In this document: piece after piece, positions 16,316 through 26,304 of the stretch
How the letters are laid out: every line of letters begins with the position of its first letter
How positions within the stretch are numbered: the first letter of the stretch is position 1
DNA from: an uncultured OCS116 cluster bacterium
GTDB taxonomy: Bacteria > Pseudomonadota > Alphaproteobacteria > Rhizobiales > TMED25
Reading direction: 5' to 3'
NCBI GenBank assembly: GCA_902538185.1
Contig: CACBED010000001.1
Coordinates: 184,285-248,284 of the forward strand
Length of the DNA: 64,000 bases
Program-made: the position numbers and the translations under genes
Notes under the pieces: generated by a model
The model's input: the letters and a program-made list of their open reading frames with translations, nothing else
Databases searched by the model: none
Told to the model about the DNA's origin: nothing

Positions 16316-17950
16316 CTACCAATTTATGAAAGATCCATACCCTGGATGTTTAAAGTCGCACGGGACTTCGATCAAAGTTGGTTTATTTAAATTTAACACA
16401 TCTAAAACAGTGTCGCCTATTTTTGATAAATCATCAACTCTTACACCATGTGCGCCAAATGATTTGGCGAGTCCAACAAAATCAGGTGATTGAATATCCA
16501 CGCCGCTCCTTCTTCCGTAGAGATGGTCTTGATGGCGTCTTTCTACACCATAGCCTTGATCGTTGAATACAAAAAGAATAACGGGTATGTTGTGTTCTAC
16601 GGCAGTCATAAGATCTTGGATTGTAAACATGACACCTGCATCACCGTGCATAGCGACAACCGGTACATCTGGTTTTGCAACCTTCGCCCCGATAGCAGAT
16701 GGCAGGGCAAAGCCGAGCGTTCCAAAACCTGATGGAACGAACCATGTTCTGGGCAAGTACGTTTTCCAATAAGAGCGCATCCAAAAAACGATGGTCGTTG
16801 GATCATTAAATACGATTGTTTCATGTGGCAAAGCTGATCTTAATTGATCGAGAACGTCAACTTCAACAGGTTTACCTAATGCTGTGTGAATTTTGTCGAT
16901 CAATGCTTTAATCTCAGGTTTGCGTTCACTGGTATTGAATTTGATTTTTCTATTTTTAATATGTTTATTGAGTCTTGTGAGCGCATTTTTTAAATCGCTT
17001 ACCACGCCTATATGCACTGGATGGTTTCTGCCAAGCTCAGCTGGGTCAATATCGATTTGGATGACTTTACCTGGAAACTTTAATGTCCAGCCACCCGTTG
17101 GGAAGTAAGACAGGCGGCTACCAAGTATAATAACAAGATCGGTATCATCAATAAATTCTCTAACTGGTTTTTCATTACTCCAATTTCCAACATGTAAGGG
17201 ATGATCGAATGGAACAGAGCCTTTTCCCGTTTGAGATGTAATTACAGGCGCATTGAGGCTTTCAGCAAGATTAATACATTCTTCTGATGCATCTGCATGA
17301 ACGACACCACCACCAGACCAAATTATTGGTTTTTTTGAATTTGATAAGGCATCGATTATTTGATTTAATTCTTCATCACTTGCTTCTCTTCTATGGCTCG
17401 AGGATTTATCACCAATAGCGATATCAGTATCTATCTTAAATGCGTCGCCGCCAATCTCAACTAGTGAGGGTTTAGGTCTTCTGCTTTTCAATGCTGTCAT
17501 TGCCGTTCTAATCGAGTCGGGGATTTCATGTGGCATTGTTGCTTGATAACCGAAATCAATAACAGGTCTAAATATTCCATATTGATCTCTCACGTCGTGG
17601 AAATAGCCTCGTCCCTTTGCTCGCACATGGGCAGGATTATCATTGAGAATATGGAGTATTGCTGATGAGTCATTATGAGCGGTACCCATTGCCGTGAGTG
17701 TATTTAATGCGCCTGGACCACCACTTGTAAGAGCAACACCTATATTTCCTGTTGCGCGGTAATATCCATCAGCCATAAAAACAGCACTTTGTTCATGCCT
17801 AACATTGATAGCTCTTACCGATGGATGATCAAGGAAGGCATCATAAACACTTAAGGTATCAACACCAGGTATTCCGAATATAGTAGTTAGCCCTTCGTTG
17901 ACTAGCGACTCAACTAATACATGCGCGCCTGACCTTTTTTTCATCATCAA
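16316..17950 (-). CDS. thiamine-diphosphate-dependent enzyme (acetolactate synthase large-subunit-like fold)
   Basis: The N-terminal GAHVLVESLVNEGLTTIFGIPG is the Pyr-domain start. The ThDP-binding motif is GDAGVMFTIQDLMTAVEHNIPVILFVFNDQGYG. Confidence 0.85.
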   Translation of the reverse strand: MMMKKRSGAHVLVESLVNEGLTTIFGIPGVDTLSVYDAFLDHPSVRAINVRHEQSAVFMADGYYRATGNIGVALTSGGPGALNTLTAMGTAHNDSSAILHILNDNPAHVRAKGRGYFHDVRDQYGIFRPVIDFGYQATMPHEIPDSIRTAMTALKSRRPKPSLVEIGGDAFKIDTDIAIGDKSSSHRREASDEELNQIIDALSNSKKPIIWSGGGVVHADASEECINLAESLNAPVITSQTGKGSVPFDHPLHVGNWSNEKPVREFIDDTDLVIILGSRLSYFPTGGWTLKFPGKVIQIDIDPAELGRNHPVHIGVVSDLKNALTRLNKHIKNRKIKFNTSERKPEIKALIDKIHTALGKPVEVDVLDQLRSALPHETIVFNDPTTIVFWMRSYWKTYLPRTWFVPSGFGTLGFALPSAIGAKVAKPDVPVVAMHGDAGVMFTIQDLMTAVEHNIPVILFVFNDQGYGVERRHQDHLYGRRSGVDIQSPDFVGLAKSFGAHGVRVDDLSKIGDTVLDVLNLNKPTLIEVPCDFKHPGYGSFINW

Positions 17951-18031
17951 ATCCCTTCCTAAAGATAAATTTTTAAAATATATTATAACAGATTTGTATC
18001 TTTACTGTCTATTTTTTGAAGGAGCTAGATT

Positions 18032-19129
18032 ATGGTTGAAACATCGCCATTACCAAAGGGAACAAAAAGGTATGACCCACCGGTCGTAAAAAATTTTTTA
18101 TCGACAGCACTCATAAGAGTTGGGGTTGAACCTGATGATGCTGATCTTGTTGGCGATGTTTTAGTGGGAGCAGATCTGAGAGGCGTAAGAAGTCATGGGG
18201 CTGCGCGTTTGAGTTACTTTATTGTGAGGCTTGAAAAGGGTACATTAAATCTCCACCCAAACTTTGATTTAAAAATGAATACAAAAACAACAGGGCTCCT
18301 TGATGCAGATAATGCTATTGGAATAATTGCTGCAAACAAAGCGATGCAAAAGGCTATGGAGGTTGCTGAAGAGTATGGAACAGGATTTGTCGGGGTTGCT
18401 AACTCCAGCCATTTTGGTTTTGCTGGTTATTGGTCGGATATTGCCATGCGCAGAGGTTTTATAGGCATTTCCATGTCAAATAGTGGCGGCAGAATGACGC
18501 CAACTTATGCGCGAGAGTCTATGCTTGGCACCAATCCAATGTCTGTTGCGATACCAGGTGGTGACTATACAAATTTCCTATTGGATATGGCGACAACTAC
18601 AGTTGCGGTTGGAAAAATTGAGACGGCTTTGCGTGAAGGTAGGGATATAACAGAAGGATGGGTATCTCCAACGGGTGATGAACCCGTTTTAGATGACAAT
18701 GGCGTACTAACTTATGGTGCACCTCTGCTCCCACTTGGCGGGGCTGGAATGGATAGAGGTGGCCATAAAGGTTACGGTTTAAACTTGATGGTTGAGCTTC
18801 TATGCGGTGCTATTACCGGAACATCTTTTGCCGATCGAATTAAAGGTGCGCGCGGTACTGAGAGACCCGCTATGGGTCACCTGATGGGAGCGATTAGGCT
18901 TGATGGATTTCGGGACCCCAAGGAAATTCAAAAAGAGATGGACGCAACGTATGATATTATTCGAAATGCAAAAAAAGAGCCCGGCCAAGATAAAGTTTAT
19001 ATTCATGGTGAACCTGAAGCTATGGCAATAGAAGAGAATACGAAACTGGGTATTCCAATTACACCAGCTGTTTATGAACAATTAGAAAAAATTGCAGATA
19101 AATATGGGATTAACGCCCTTCTTGAATAG
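18032..19129 (+). CDS. Ldh_2 family (malate/L-lactate/sulfolactate-type) NAD(P)-dependent dehydrogenase
   Basis: GADLRGVRSHGAARL, SSHFGFAGYW and GGHKGYGL are characteristic of the Ldh_2 family. An AAGGAG Shine-Dalgarno sequence lies 7 nt upstream. Confidence 0.8.
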   Translation: MVETSPLPKGTKRYDPPVVKNFLSTALIRVGVEPDDADLVGDVLVGADLRGVRSHGAARLSYFIVRLEKGTLNLHPNFDLKMNTKTTGLLDADNAIGIIAANKAMQKAMEVAEEYGTGFVGVANSSHFGFAGYWSDIAMRRGFIGISMSNSGGRMTPTYARESMLGTNPMSVAIPGGDYTNFLLDMATTTVAVGKIETALREGRDITEGWVSPTGDEPVLDDNGVLTYGAPLLPLGGAGMDRGGHKGYGLNLMVELLCGAITGTSFADRIKGARGTERPAMGHLMGAIRLDGFRDPKEIQKEMDATYDIIRNAKKEPGQDKVYIHGEPEAMAIEENTKLGIPITPAVYEQLEKIADKYGINALLE

Positions 19130-19130
19130 A

Positions 19131-19751
19131 TTATTCAAGGGGTATCATGACAATTTTTTGGTATGCTTCGGACTCTTTCAAATTATTGTACCATCTATCG
19201 ATATTTGGTGTTGCTGGTCTTTCCTCGACAATAGAGTGATAGCGATGAATGACAGGTCCGACTGGAAAATCAGCAATGGTTAACTTATTACCACCGATAT
19301 ATTCTTTATCTTCGAGATGTTTGTCTAATATCGCCCATAATTCATTTCCACGCATAATATTCCTATTGATCTCATCCCAGTTCCTATCTTCGGGCTTAGT
19401 CCTTATCATTCCATGATAGATAGGTCTCATCATTGGGTTTATTGCAAATAATTGCCAGTCCATCCAAAGTTCTAAAATAGCTCTTTCCCCATCATCGACT
19501 GGTGATAAGTCACCGGAACTAAATTTATTTGCGATGTAGCGCACAATTGTATTTGACTCCCAGAGGATAATATCACCGTCAATAAGTGTTGGAACGAGCC
19601 CCATTGGATTTAGATCTAAGTAATCTTGTTTATCATTCTTGCCAAACTTACCGCCAACATCTTCTCTTTCATATGGTATTTTTAACTCCTCCAATATCCA
19701 CGTCACTTTCATTACATTACCAGAAGTTTTTCTGCCTTTTATATGTAACAT
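19131..19751 (-). CDS. glutathione S-transferase
   Basis: The N-terminal thioredoxin-like part has SGNVMKVTWILEELKIPYE, LNPMGLVPTL and ESNTIVRYI. Confidence 0.8.
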   Translation of the reverse strand: MLHIKGRKTSGNVMKVTWILEELKIPYEREDVGGKFGKNDKQDYLDLNPMGLVPTLIDGDIILWESNTIVRYIANKFSSGDLSPVDDGERAILELWMDWQLFAINPMMRPIYHGMIRTKPEDRNWDEINRNIMRGNELWAILDKHLEDKEYIGGNKLTIADFPVGPVIHRYHSIVEERPATPNIDRWYNNLKESEAYQKIVMIPLE

Positions 19752-19761
19752 TCACACGTCC

Positions 19762-20856
19762 CTATATTTTATATTTTTCAACTTTATTCTCATCGATTTC
19801 TATACCAAGCCCTGGACCTGATCTTAGTATAATTTTCCCATCTTGAATAGTCATAGGGTTTTTGATGATATCGTCAGCGAGATATTGGATGCTGACATTG
19901 CTGAACCAATCAAGCTTACTTGCTACATGAGATATGTGACCTATCGTAGCGGCACTAACGGATGAGTCTCCAGCTTTACCACTAACATTCACATGCATAT
20001 TCTGCTCCTTCATATAATCGACGGCTAAGAGTAAAGCTTTAATTCCACCAAATTTTATTAATTTTAAACTCGCACCATCAGCTGCGTCCATTTTTTTGTG
20101 AAGAATAAGATCTGATTGCGAGTGTATTCCTTCATCTGCGCTTAGTGGAATATCCATAAGAGAATTACATTTTTTCATGGTCTCAACATCGTAACCATTT
20201 ACTGGCTGCTCCATATAATCCAGGACAGTGGCATCTATTTTCGAGCATAAATCGAAGGCATCTTTTGATGAATATCCTGCATTAGCGTCTGCTGTAAGTT
20301 GGATATGTTCACCCAGGACCCTTCTTAAATTTTCAGCCCTAGATAAATCTTCAGGGATTGTATTTGCTCCCACTTTTATTTTAAATGCAGAAAAGCCATC
20401 ATCTTTCATTTTTTTTGCTTCATCCGTCTCATTTTTCGCCCCTGCAATACGCCAAATAATGGGTAGTTCTTTTCGCTGCTTTATTCCAATTAGTTCAGAG
20501 AACGTTTTTTTCTGAGTTTTGGCTAATAGATCAACCAATGCAACTTCTATAGCGGATTTTGCGGCGTAGTTTCCATAGATTGATCGTTGTATCAGTTCAT
20601 ATATCTCTCCGACACTCTCTATTTCTTTGTTTATGATCTCATTTTTAATATATTCAAGGGCCAATATCATTCCGGTTGCACTCTCCCCAGTCATAGATAG
20701 TGATGAAGCTGCCTCACCCCATCCCGAGATATCATCAGTACTTTTAACTTTTACAAGTATGCTATTACTTTTTTCAATTATAACTTTCGACATACGTATT
20801 GTCTCTTGGAGAGGGAGGGCAATATTGTGAATTGTAATTTCTTTAATCTTTAACAT
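19762..20856 (-). CDS. enolase-superfamily enzyme, muconate-lactonizing (MLE) subgroup (racemase/epimerase/cycloisomerase type)
   Basis: It has the KxK motif FKIKVG, the metal ligands in TADANAGY, MEQPV and SADEG, and the second-base Lys in LKLIKFGG. Confidence 0.85.
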   Translation of the reverse strand: MLKIKEITIHNIALPLQETIRMSKVIIEKSNSILVKVKSTDDISGWGEAASSLSMTGESATGMILALEYIKNEIINKEIESVGEIYELIQRSIYGNYAAKSAIEVALVDLLAKTQKKTFSELIGIKQRKELPIIWRIAGAKNETDEAKKMKDDGFSAFKIKVGANTIPEDLSRAENLRRVLGEHIQLTADANAGYSSKDAFDLCSKIDATVLDYMEQPVNGYDVETMKKCNSLMDIPLSADEGIHSQSDLILHKKMDAADGASLKLIKFGGIKALLLAVDYMKEQNMHVNVSGKAGDSSVSAATIGHISHVASKLDWFSNVSIQYLADDIIKNPMTIQDGKIILRSGPGLGIEIDENKVEKYKI

Positions 20857-20869
20857 GTGATTTTTTGGT

Positions 20870-22117
20870 TCAAAAATTTATTTTAAGCCTGCGTATGTTT
20901 AGCAGCATCCAACTAAAGAATAAAATCTCAATAATTATTAACATACCAAATGCATAATTATAAGCAACCACCGGATATGTACCAGATTCATCAGGTCCCC
21001 ATATATCTAATATATAACCAATACCGAACTGAATAATAAAAACCAATAAGAATGTTGAGACTGCGATGGTTGATATAGACCTTGCTGAATAGCCTGGGGG
21101 GTATGTTTTATTAAGTATGGGATGCACTAAAACACCTATATTTCCAGTAAGTCCTAAAATGACCCATTGCCAATAGCCATCCGTATCAATATTTAGTGCA
21201 AAGAAAATTTGAACAATAAAAAGCATCATCAATCCTGTAGCAAGGTATTTTGCTCTGTTGACACCCTTTTTAGATAAATAATCTACTAAGGCACCATTAC
21301 CGAGTGTTCCAAAGGACATTGCTACAGCAACAATTAAGAGTCTCAAGCCAATTTCTTCTTGCGACAGACCGGCAACATCAGCCATCCATCCATTTGCCCA
21401 TAGCCCTTGAATAGTAAAAAAACTTGCTAAACCTAGAGCTGAGACAGGTGCGAGTGTATAAAAATTTTTATTTTTTATGATCTGCATATAAACGTAAAAA
21501 TTAGACTCATCACTGGATTGGTTTTCACTTTTTTTGTTGGGCATTGATAGGATAACCACGGAAAGTAGTATTAGGCAGATTATAAAACCTATGAAAAATA
21601 GATCTCTCCATTCATAGAAGTTCATGAATATTTGTAGAGGCTTGGTGGATAATATAGCTCCAATGGAACCACTAAATAATATCATACCGTTTGCGGTTGC
21701 CCAAAATTGACTGGGAAACCATATTGTTACGGATTTTAACGCTGTGGTCAGGCAAGATCCAATACCCAAGCCGAGAAAGGCCCGACCAATAACAAGCATT
21801 AAATAACTATCTGCATATGTTGTGATGATGCATCCAATTATTGCTAGGATAATTTCGCCAATATATATTTTTTTTGGGCCATATTTATCCAAAAGAATGG
21901 CAAGAGGAATATATTGGGCGGCCCCAGCGAAGAAAAAAATACTTGTTAAAAAACCAATCTCAGTTGCATTTAGTGAAAATGTTTGTGTTAATTCTGGGGC
22001 CAATATTGCATTCGTATTTCGCAGGAAGAAAGATAATAAATAGCCCACTCCAAATGGTAATATAATAATAAAAATAAGTTTTAATTTATTGTAGACCATG
22101 ATTTTATTACATGGCAT
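20870..22117 (-). CDS. MFS transporter
   Basis: It is a 415-aa hydrophobic protein of about 12 TM spans, with LLDKYGPKK after TM2. The exact start is uncertain. Confidence 0.75.
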   Translation of the reverse strand: MPCNKIMVYNKLKLIFIIILPFGVGYLLSFFLRNTNAILAPELTQTFSLNATEIGFLTSIFFFAGAAQYIPLAILLDKYGPKKIYIGEIILAIIGCIITTYADSYLMLVIGRAFLGLGIGSCLTTALKSVTIWFPSQFWATANGMILFSGSIGAILSTKPLQIFMNFYEWRDLFFIGFIICLILLSVVILSMPNKKSENQSSDESNFYVYMQIIKNKNFYTLAPVSALGLASFFTIQGLWANGWMADVAGLSQEEIGLRLLIVAVAMSFGTLGNGALVDYLSKKGVNRAKYLATGLMMLFIVQIFFALNIDTDGYWQWVILGLTGNIGVLVHPILNKTYPPGYSARSISTIAVSTFLLVFIIQFGIGYILDIWGPDESGTYPVVAYNYAFGMLIIIEILFFSWMLLNIRRLKINF

Positions 22118-22165
22118 TATTTGTAAATGCTGTCTACTACTTTGTGAAATGGGATGAGGATAAAG

Positions 22166-23197
22166 ATGAAAAAGAAAATTGCAATAATCGGAACAGGAGC
22201 CAATGGTAGCTGCGTTTCTGCAGATCTAATCAGTAATGGTTTGGATGTAAAAATGATTGATCAGTGGCCTCAGCATGTTGAAAAGATGCGAAAAGATGGA
22301 CTTAAGATTGAAATGCCGAACCGAACATTAGAAGTCAATGTTGATGCCTATCATTTATGTGACGTAGCAACATTTACCGAGAAGTTTGACATTGTCCTAG
22401 TTTTTGTCAAAGCATATGATACGGCTTGGACATGCGAACTAATAAAGCCATACTTAGCTGATGATGGAATCTTGGTAGGGGTTCAAAATTGTATGATGGC
22501 AGAACAAATTTCTGAAATAGTTGGGTCGCACAGGACCATAGGATGTGTTGCTGAGCTATCGTCTGAATTGTTTGACCCAGGGTCAGTTAAAAGAAATACT
22601 CCCCCTGAGGGAACGTGGTTTGGTCTTGGTGCGCTGACCCCTGAAATGAAAATTAGAATTGCAGATGTTGAAGAAGTACTGAAATTTGCTGGCAAGGTCG
22701 GCATAAGCGAGGCAATTTTATCAGCAAAATGGATGAAATTAATTGTTAATGCAATGGGAATGGGGATAAAGGCCATTGGGGATCTGCGGCCTGCTGAAGC
22801 TTTTGAAATGGATGGTATGAGAGACCTTATGCTGAAGGCCGGAGAGGAAGCGCTTAAGGTTGGTGAAGGTCTTGGTTATAAATTAGAGCCAATTATGGGA
22901 TTAACCCAAGAAGAAATTAATACATCAAACAGAGTCCAGGAACTCTTACTTGATACTATCACAAAACATGTCGGTCCTACGGCATTAAATACCGTACTGC
23001 AAGATCACAGGAAAGGACGCCTAAGTGAAGTTGACCTTATCAATGGATGGGTATCTGAAGGCGGCCAAAAACTTGGTATTGAAACTCCAATTAATGATAA
23101 AATTGTCGAAGTGACAAAGAGGATTTATGCAGGTGAAGTGACATCATCAAAAAACCTCGTAGAGGATGTTATAAGCTCACTTAAAGGTAAAATTTAA
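22166..23197 (+). CDS. ketopantoate reductase (ApbA/PanE) family oxidoreductase
   Basis: It has the Rossmann start KIAIIGTGANGS. I prefer the ATG at 22166 because a GAGGA lies 5 nt upstream of it. The listed start is 22154. Confidence 0.7.
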   Translation: MKKKIAIIGTGANGSCVSADLISNGLDVKMIDQWPQHVEKMRKDGLKIEMPNRTLEVNVDAYHLCDVATFTEKFDIVLVFVKAYDTAWTCELIKPYLADDGILVGVQNCMMAEQISEIVGSHRTIGCVAELSSELFDPGSVKRNTPPEGTWFGLGALTPEMKIRIADVEEVLKFAGKVGISEAILSAKWMKLIVNAMGMGIKAIGDLRPAEAFEMDGMRDLMLKAGEEALKVGEGLGYKLEPIMGLTQEEINTSNRVQELLLDTITKHVGPTALNTVLQDHRKGRLSEVDLINGWVSEGGQKLGIETPINDKIVEVTKRIYAGEVTSSKNLVEDVISSLKGKI

Positions 23198-23198
23198 A

Positions 23199-24269
23199 AT
23201 GTCCCAGAAAGAACTTGGTTTAGCAGTTATTGGTTCTGGAAGGATTGGATCTCTGAGAGCAATCCTAGCATCTGGTCACCCTGCCGTAAAATATTTAGGA
23301 GTTTCTGATATAAATATTGAAAATGCAAAAAAACTCGCAGCCAAATCCAATGCTCAAAAATTTACAGATAACAATCATGAATTAATCTCAGATCCGAATG
23401 TCAATGTTGTGATTGTGTCGACAAGTGAGCATGAGCATTTTGACTCAGTAATGCATGCGCTTGAATTAGGTAAGCCGGTTTTAGTTGAAAAACCAATAGC
23501 ACTTTCGGTTGATGAGGCTGATAAAATGATAAAAAAATCTGAAGAGACAGGAACATTATTCAGAGTCGGTTATGCTCAACGTTTCAAAAGAAGATATCTC
23601 TCAGGTAAAGATCAGCTGCTTGAAGGACGAATTGGAAATATCCTATCTATTTCGGCACGGGCTTGTAATACACGTGCACAAGGCATTGAAATATTGAAGA
23701 GGTCAAGTACGGCGACGCCTGTGGTAGATGTTCTAACGTATTGGGTTGATGTTGCATGTTGGTATCTTGATGGCATTGAGCCAGTTGAAGTCACTGCTCG
23801 AGGTGCGGGAACAGTTTTTCGAGAAGCAGGATTTGATGTAAATGATACTACATGGAGTTTAATCAAATTTGATAATGGTGCAATCGTAAACTTAGGCGTA
23901 TTTTTTGCACTTCCATCGCACTCTCCACAGTTAGGTATGGGTGTAAGATTTGAGGTATATGGGGATGATGGGGCACTAATTCTAAATGATGATCATACAG
24001 ACGAGTTGTTAATTACAAATAACGGAATACCTCATGCCTATATTCCCGATCTTGAGTTTAATACTGCATTTTTATCTAGCTCAACCCCCGGTAATTGGCA
24101 TCTTGGAGATTATTGGGGTCCTGTAGCTGATGAGACTCGAGTCTGGTTAGACCACTTATCAATGGATCGACCATGCCCAATTGCAACACCCAAAGACGCA
24201 AGAAAGAATTTAATAATTACACTTGCAATGGAAGAGTCTGCGAAGTTGAATAATACAATCAAATTATGA
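23199..24269 (+). CDS. Gfo/Idh/MocA family NAD(P)-dependent oxidoreductase
   Basis: It has LAVIGSGRIG and KPVLVEKPIA motifs. It starts 1 nt after the previous stop. Confidence 0.8.
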   Translation: MSQKELGLAVIGSGRIGSLRAILASGHPAVKYLGVSDINIENAKKLAAKSNAQKFTDNNHELISDPNVNVVIVSTSEHEHFDSVMHALELGKPVLVEKPIALSVDEADKMIKKSEETGTLFRVGYAQRFKRRYLSGKDQLLEGRIGNILSISARACNTRAQGIEILKRSSTATPVVDVLTYWVDVACWYLDGIEPVEVTARGAGTVFREAGFDVNDTTWSLIKFDNGAIVNLGVFFALPSHSPQLGMGVRFEVYGDDGALILNDDHTDELLITNNGIPHAYIPDLEFNTAFLSSSTPGNWHLGDYWGPVADETRVWLDHLSMDRPCPIATPKDARKNLIITLAMEESAKLNNTIKL

Positions 24270-24281
24270 TACCGCTCGTAT

Positions 24282-25385
24282 ATGTTTAAAATAAAAAATA
24301 TTGAGACATACATAATTCAGGTACCGCTTTTGGTGCCACTAAAAATGTCAGGTATCCATATTGAGCATTGTGATAATACAGTTGTAAAAATAACCGCGAA
24401 TAACGGAAAAGTTGGTTGGGGTGAGGCCCCTTATGCCCCCTTTTTTAACGGTGAAACATCTCGCGGTATGGTTGCTGCAATTGATTTTATGAAAGATAGA
24501 ATACTGGGAAAAGAAATTTTGCAACAAAGTGATATTAAAGACGTCATATCATCAACTATCTATGGAAACTCAGGTGCTAAATCTGCGATTGATATGGCAT
24601 TATATGATCTATTTGGTAAATCAGAGGATAAACCACTATACGAAACTCTTGGCGGAGCTAAGAGAGACAAGGTTCCAATGATTTGGCTGGTTGCTGGTGG
24701 TGATGATGAGTTTAAGTTGCTGTCAGAAAAAGTCGACCAAGGTTTTGTTTCTTTCAAGGTTAAAGTAGGCACAAATAATGTTCACGAGGATATAGAGAGA
24801 TCCTATCAGGCCCAGAGAATTCTTGATCATAATTATACGCTTTCAGCGGATGCCAACCAGGGTTTTAATAGAAGCGACGCGTTAATTTTTGCTTCAAAGA
24901 CGGGTGATATTGGATTGGACTTTTTTGAACAGCCGGTAACTGGAAAAGATGTTGATACAATGGTGGAATGCAACGCAAGATCGTATGCACCTATTGGTGT
25001 GGATGAAGGAATCCACAATATTGATGATATTAAGATACATCATGATCGTAAGGCGGCAAATGGCGGTAGTCTCAAAATGATCAAATTTGGAGGCGTCGCA
25101 CAATTATTTGAAGCTGCAAATCTGATGCATTCATATGATATGCATATAAATCTTGCTGGAAAAGCTGCAAACACATCAATTGGAAGTGCGGCGATAGCCC
25201 ACTTCACCAGAGCACTACCATCTCTTGACTGGGATGCGAGTTTATCCAGTCAATATTTGTCAGATGATATAGCAGAAAATCCAGTCAAAGTTATCGAAGG
25301 TCACATAATCACTCCCGACGACGGTCCTGGCCTCGGAATAAATATTGATGAAGATAAATTAAACCAATACAGTATTAAATTGTAA
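24282..25385 (+). CDS. enolase-superfamily enzyme, MLE subgroup; paralog of 19762-20856
   Basis: FKVKVG, SADANQGF, FEQPV, VDEG and LKMIKFGG match the catalytic residues of the paralog. It is colinear with the other copy along its full length. Confidence 0.85.
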   Translation: MFKIKNIETYIIQVPLLVPLKMSGIHIEHCDNTVVKITANNGKVGWGEAPYAPFFNGETSRGMVAAIDFMKDRILGKEILQQSDIKDVISSTIYGNSGAKSAIDMALYDLFGKSEDKPLYETLGGAKRDKVPMIWLVAGGDDEFKLLSEKVDQGFVSFKVKVGTNNVHEDIERSYQAQRILDHNYTLSADANQGFNRSDALIFASKTGDIGLDFFEQPVTGKDVDTMVECNARSYAPIGVDEGIHNIDDIKIHHDRKAANGGSLKMIKFGGVAQLFEAANLMHSYDMHINLAGKAANTSIGSAAIAHFTRALPSLDWDASLSSQYLSDDIAENPVKVIEGHIITPDDGPGLGINIDEDKLNQYSIKL

Positions 25386-25403
25386 ATTTATAATCTGAAA
25401 AAA

Positions 25404-26303
25404 ATGGCTCAAATAAAAATTATTGATGACTCAACTAAGGGTACACTATTCACCTTTGGTTTCATTCTGACAGTGCCATTTATTGAGGCATCTGTAAAAC
25501 TTCTCGGCGATGCCATGGCGCCTCCGCAGGTTTCTTTTACCAGATTCATGCTACATGTTATAGTATTGAGCGTTTATATATATTTGTATCTTCCAAAAGA
25601 GGAGTGGATCGCCAAACCTAGCTGGCCGTTATTAGTAAGAGGCATTCTTGCAAGTCTTGGGACATTATGTGTCTATGCCGGATTATCAGTCCTCCCACTT
25701 GTGGATGCTGTTGCTATTTTTTTCATACAACCCATCATTATAACAGCTTTGTCATCTATACTATTGAGAGAAAAAGTCGGCATTTATAGGTGGATTGCTG
25801 TTTTGGCTGGAATGGGTGGAGCTCTGCTTGTGATCGGACCAAATTTTGATGATGTAGGATGGGGCGCAGTATTTCCAGCCTTAGCGGCATTATTTCACGG
25901 TCTCTCAGCATTGATGGCAAGAAAATGGGCAAATGCAGCAAGACTTCCCGTGTTTCAATATTATACGGCAATTACTGCAGTTATCATGATGACAGCTATA
26001 TTCATTTTTGGTGGCATTACAGGATATGATCGCGTTGCACTTGTAATGCCAGACACATTCCAATGGTTTTTACTGGCAGTTATAGCTTTTGGATCAATTA
26101 TAACAAATTTACTACTAACGCAGGCATTCAGGATAACCCCATCATCAATTATTGCACCATTTCTATATTTACAAATCATTGGATCAACAATTATGGGATA
26201 TTATATTTTTAATCAACTACCGAGTTCGCAAACTATTTTTGGGGCATGTCTTGTCATATTAGCAGGTCTTGCAATATGGTGGAGAGAGAGTAGATCAGTC
26301 TGA
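25404..26303 (+). CDS. DMT superfamily (EamA-type) transporter
   Basis: It is 299 aa with a 10-TM-like profile made of two EamA-like halves. Confidence 0.75.
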   Translation: MAQIKIIDDSTKGTLFTFGFILTVPFIEASVKLLGDAMAPPQVSFTRFMLHVIVLSVYIYLYLPKEEWIAKPSWPLLVRGILASLGTLCVYAGLSVLPLVDAVAIFFIQPIIITALSSILLREKVGIYRWIAVLAGMGGALLVIGPNFDDVGWGAVFPALAALFHGLSALMARKWANAARLPVFQYYTAITAVIMMTAIFIFGGITGYDRVALVMPDTFQWFLLAVIAFGSIITNLLLTQAFRITPSSIIAPFLYLQIIGSTIMGYYIFNQLPSSQTIFGACLVILAGLAIWWRESRSV

Positions 26304-26304
26304 T

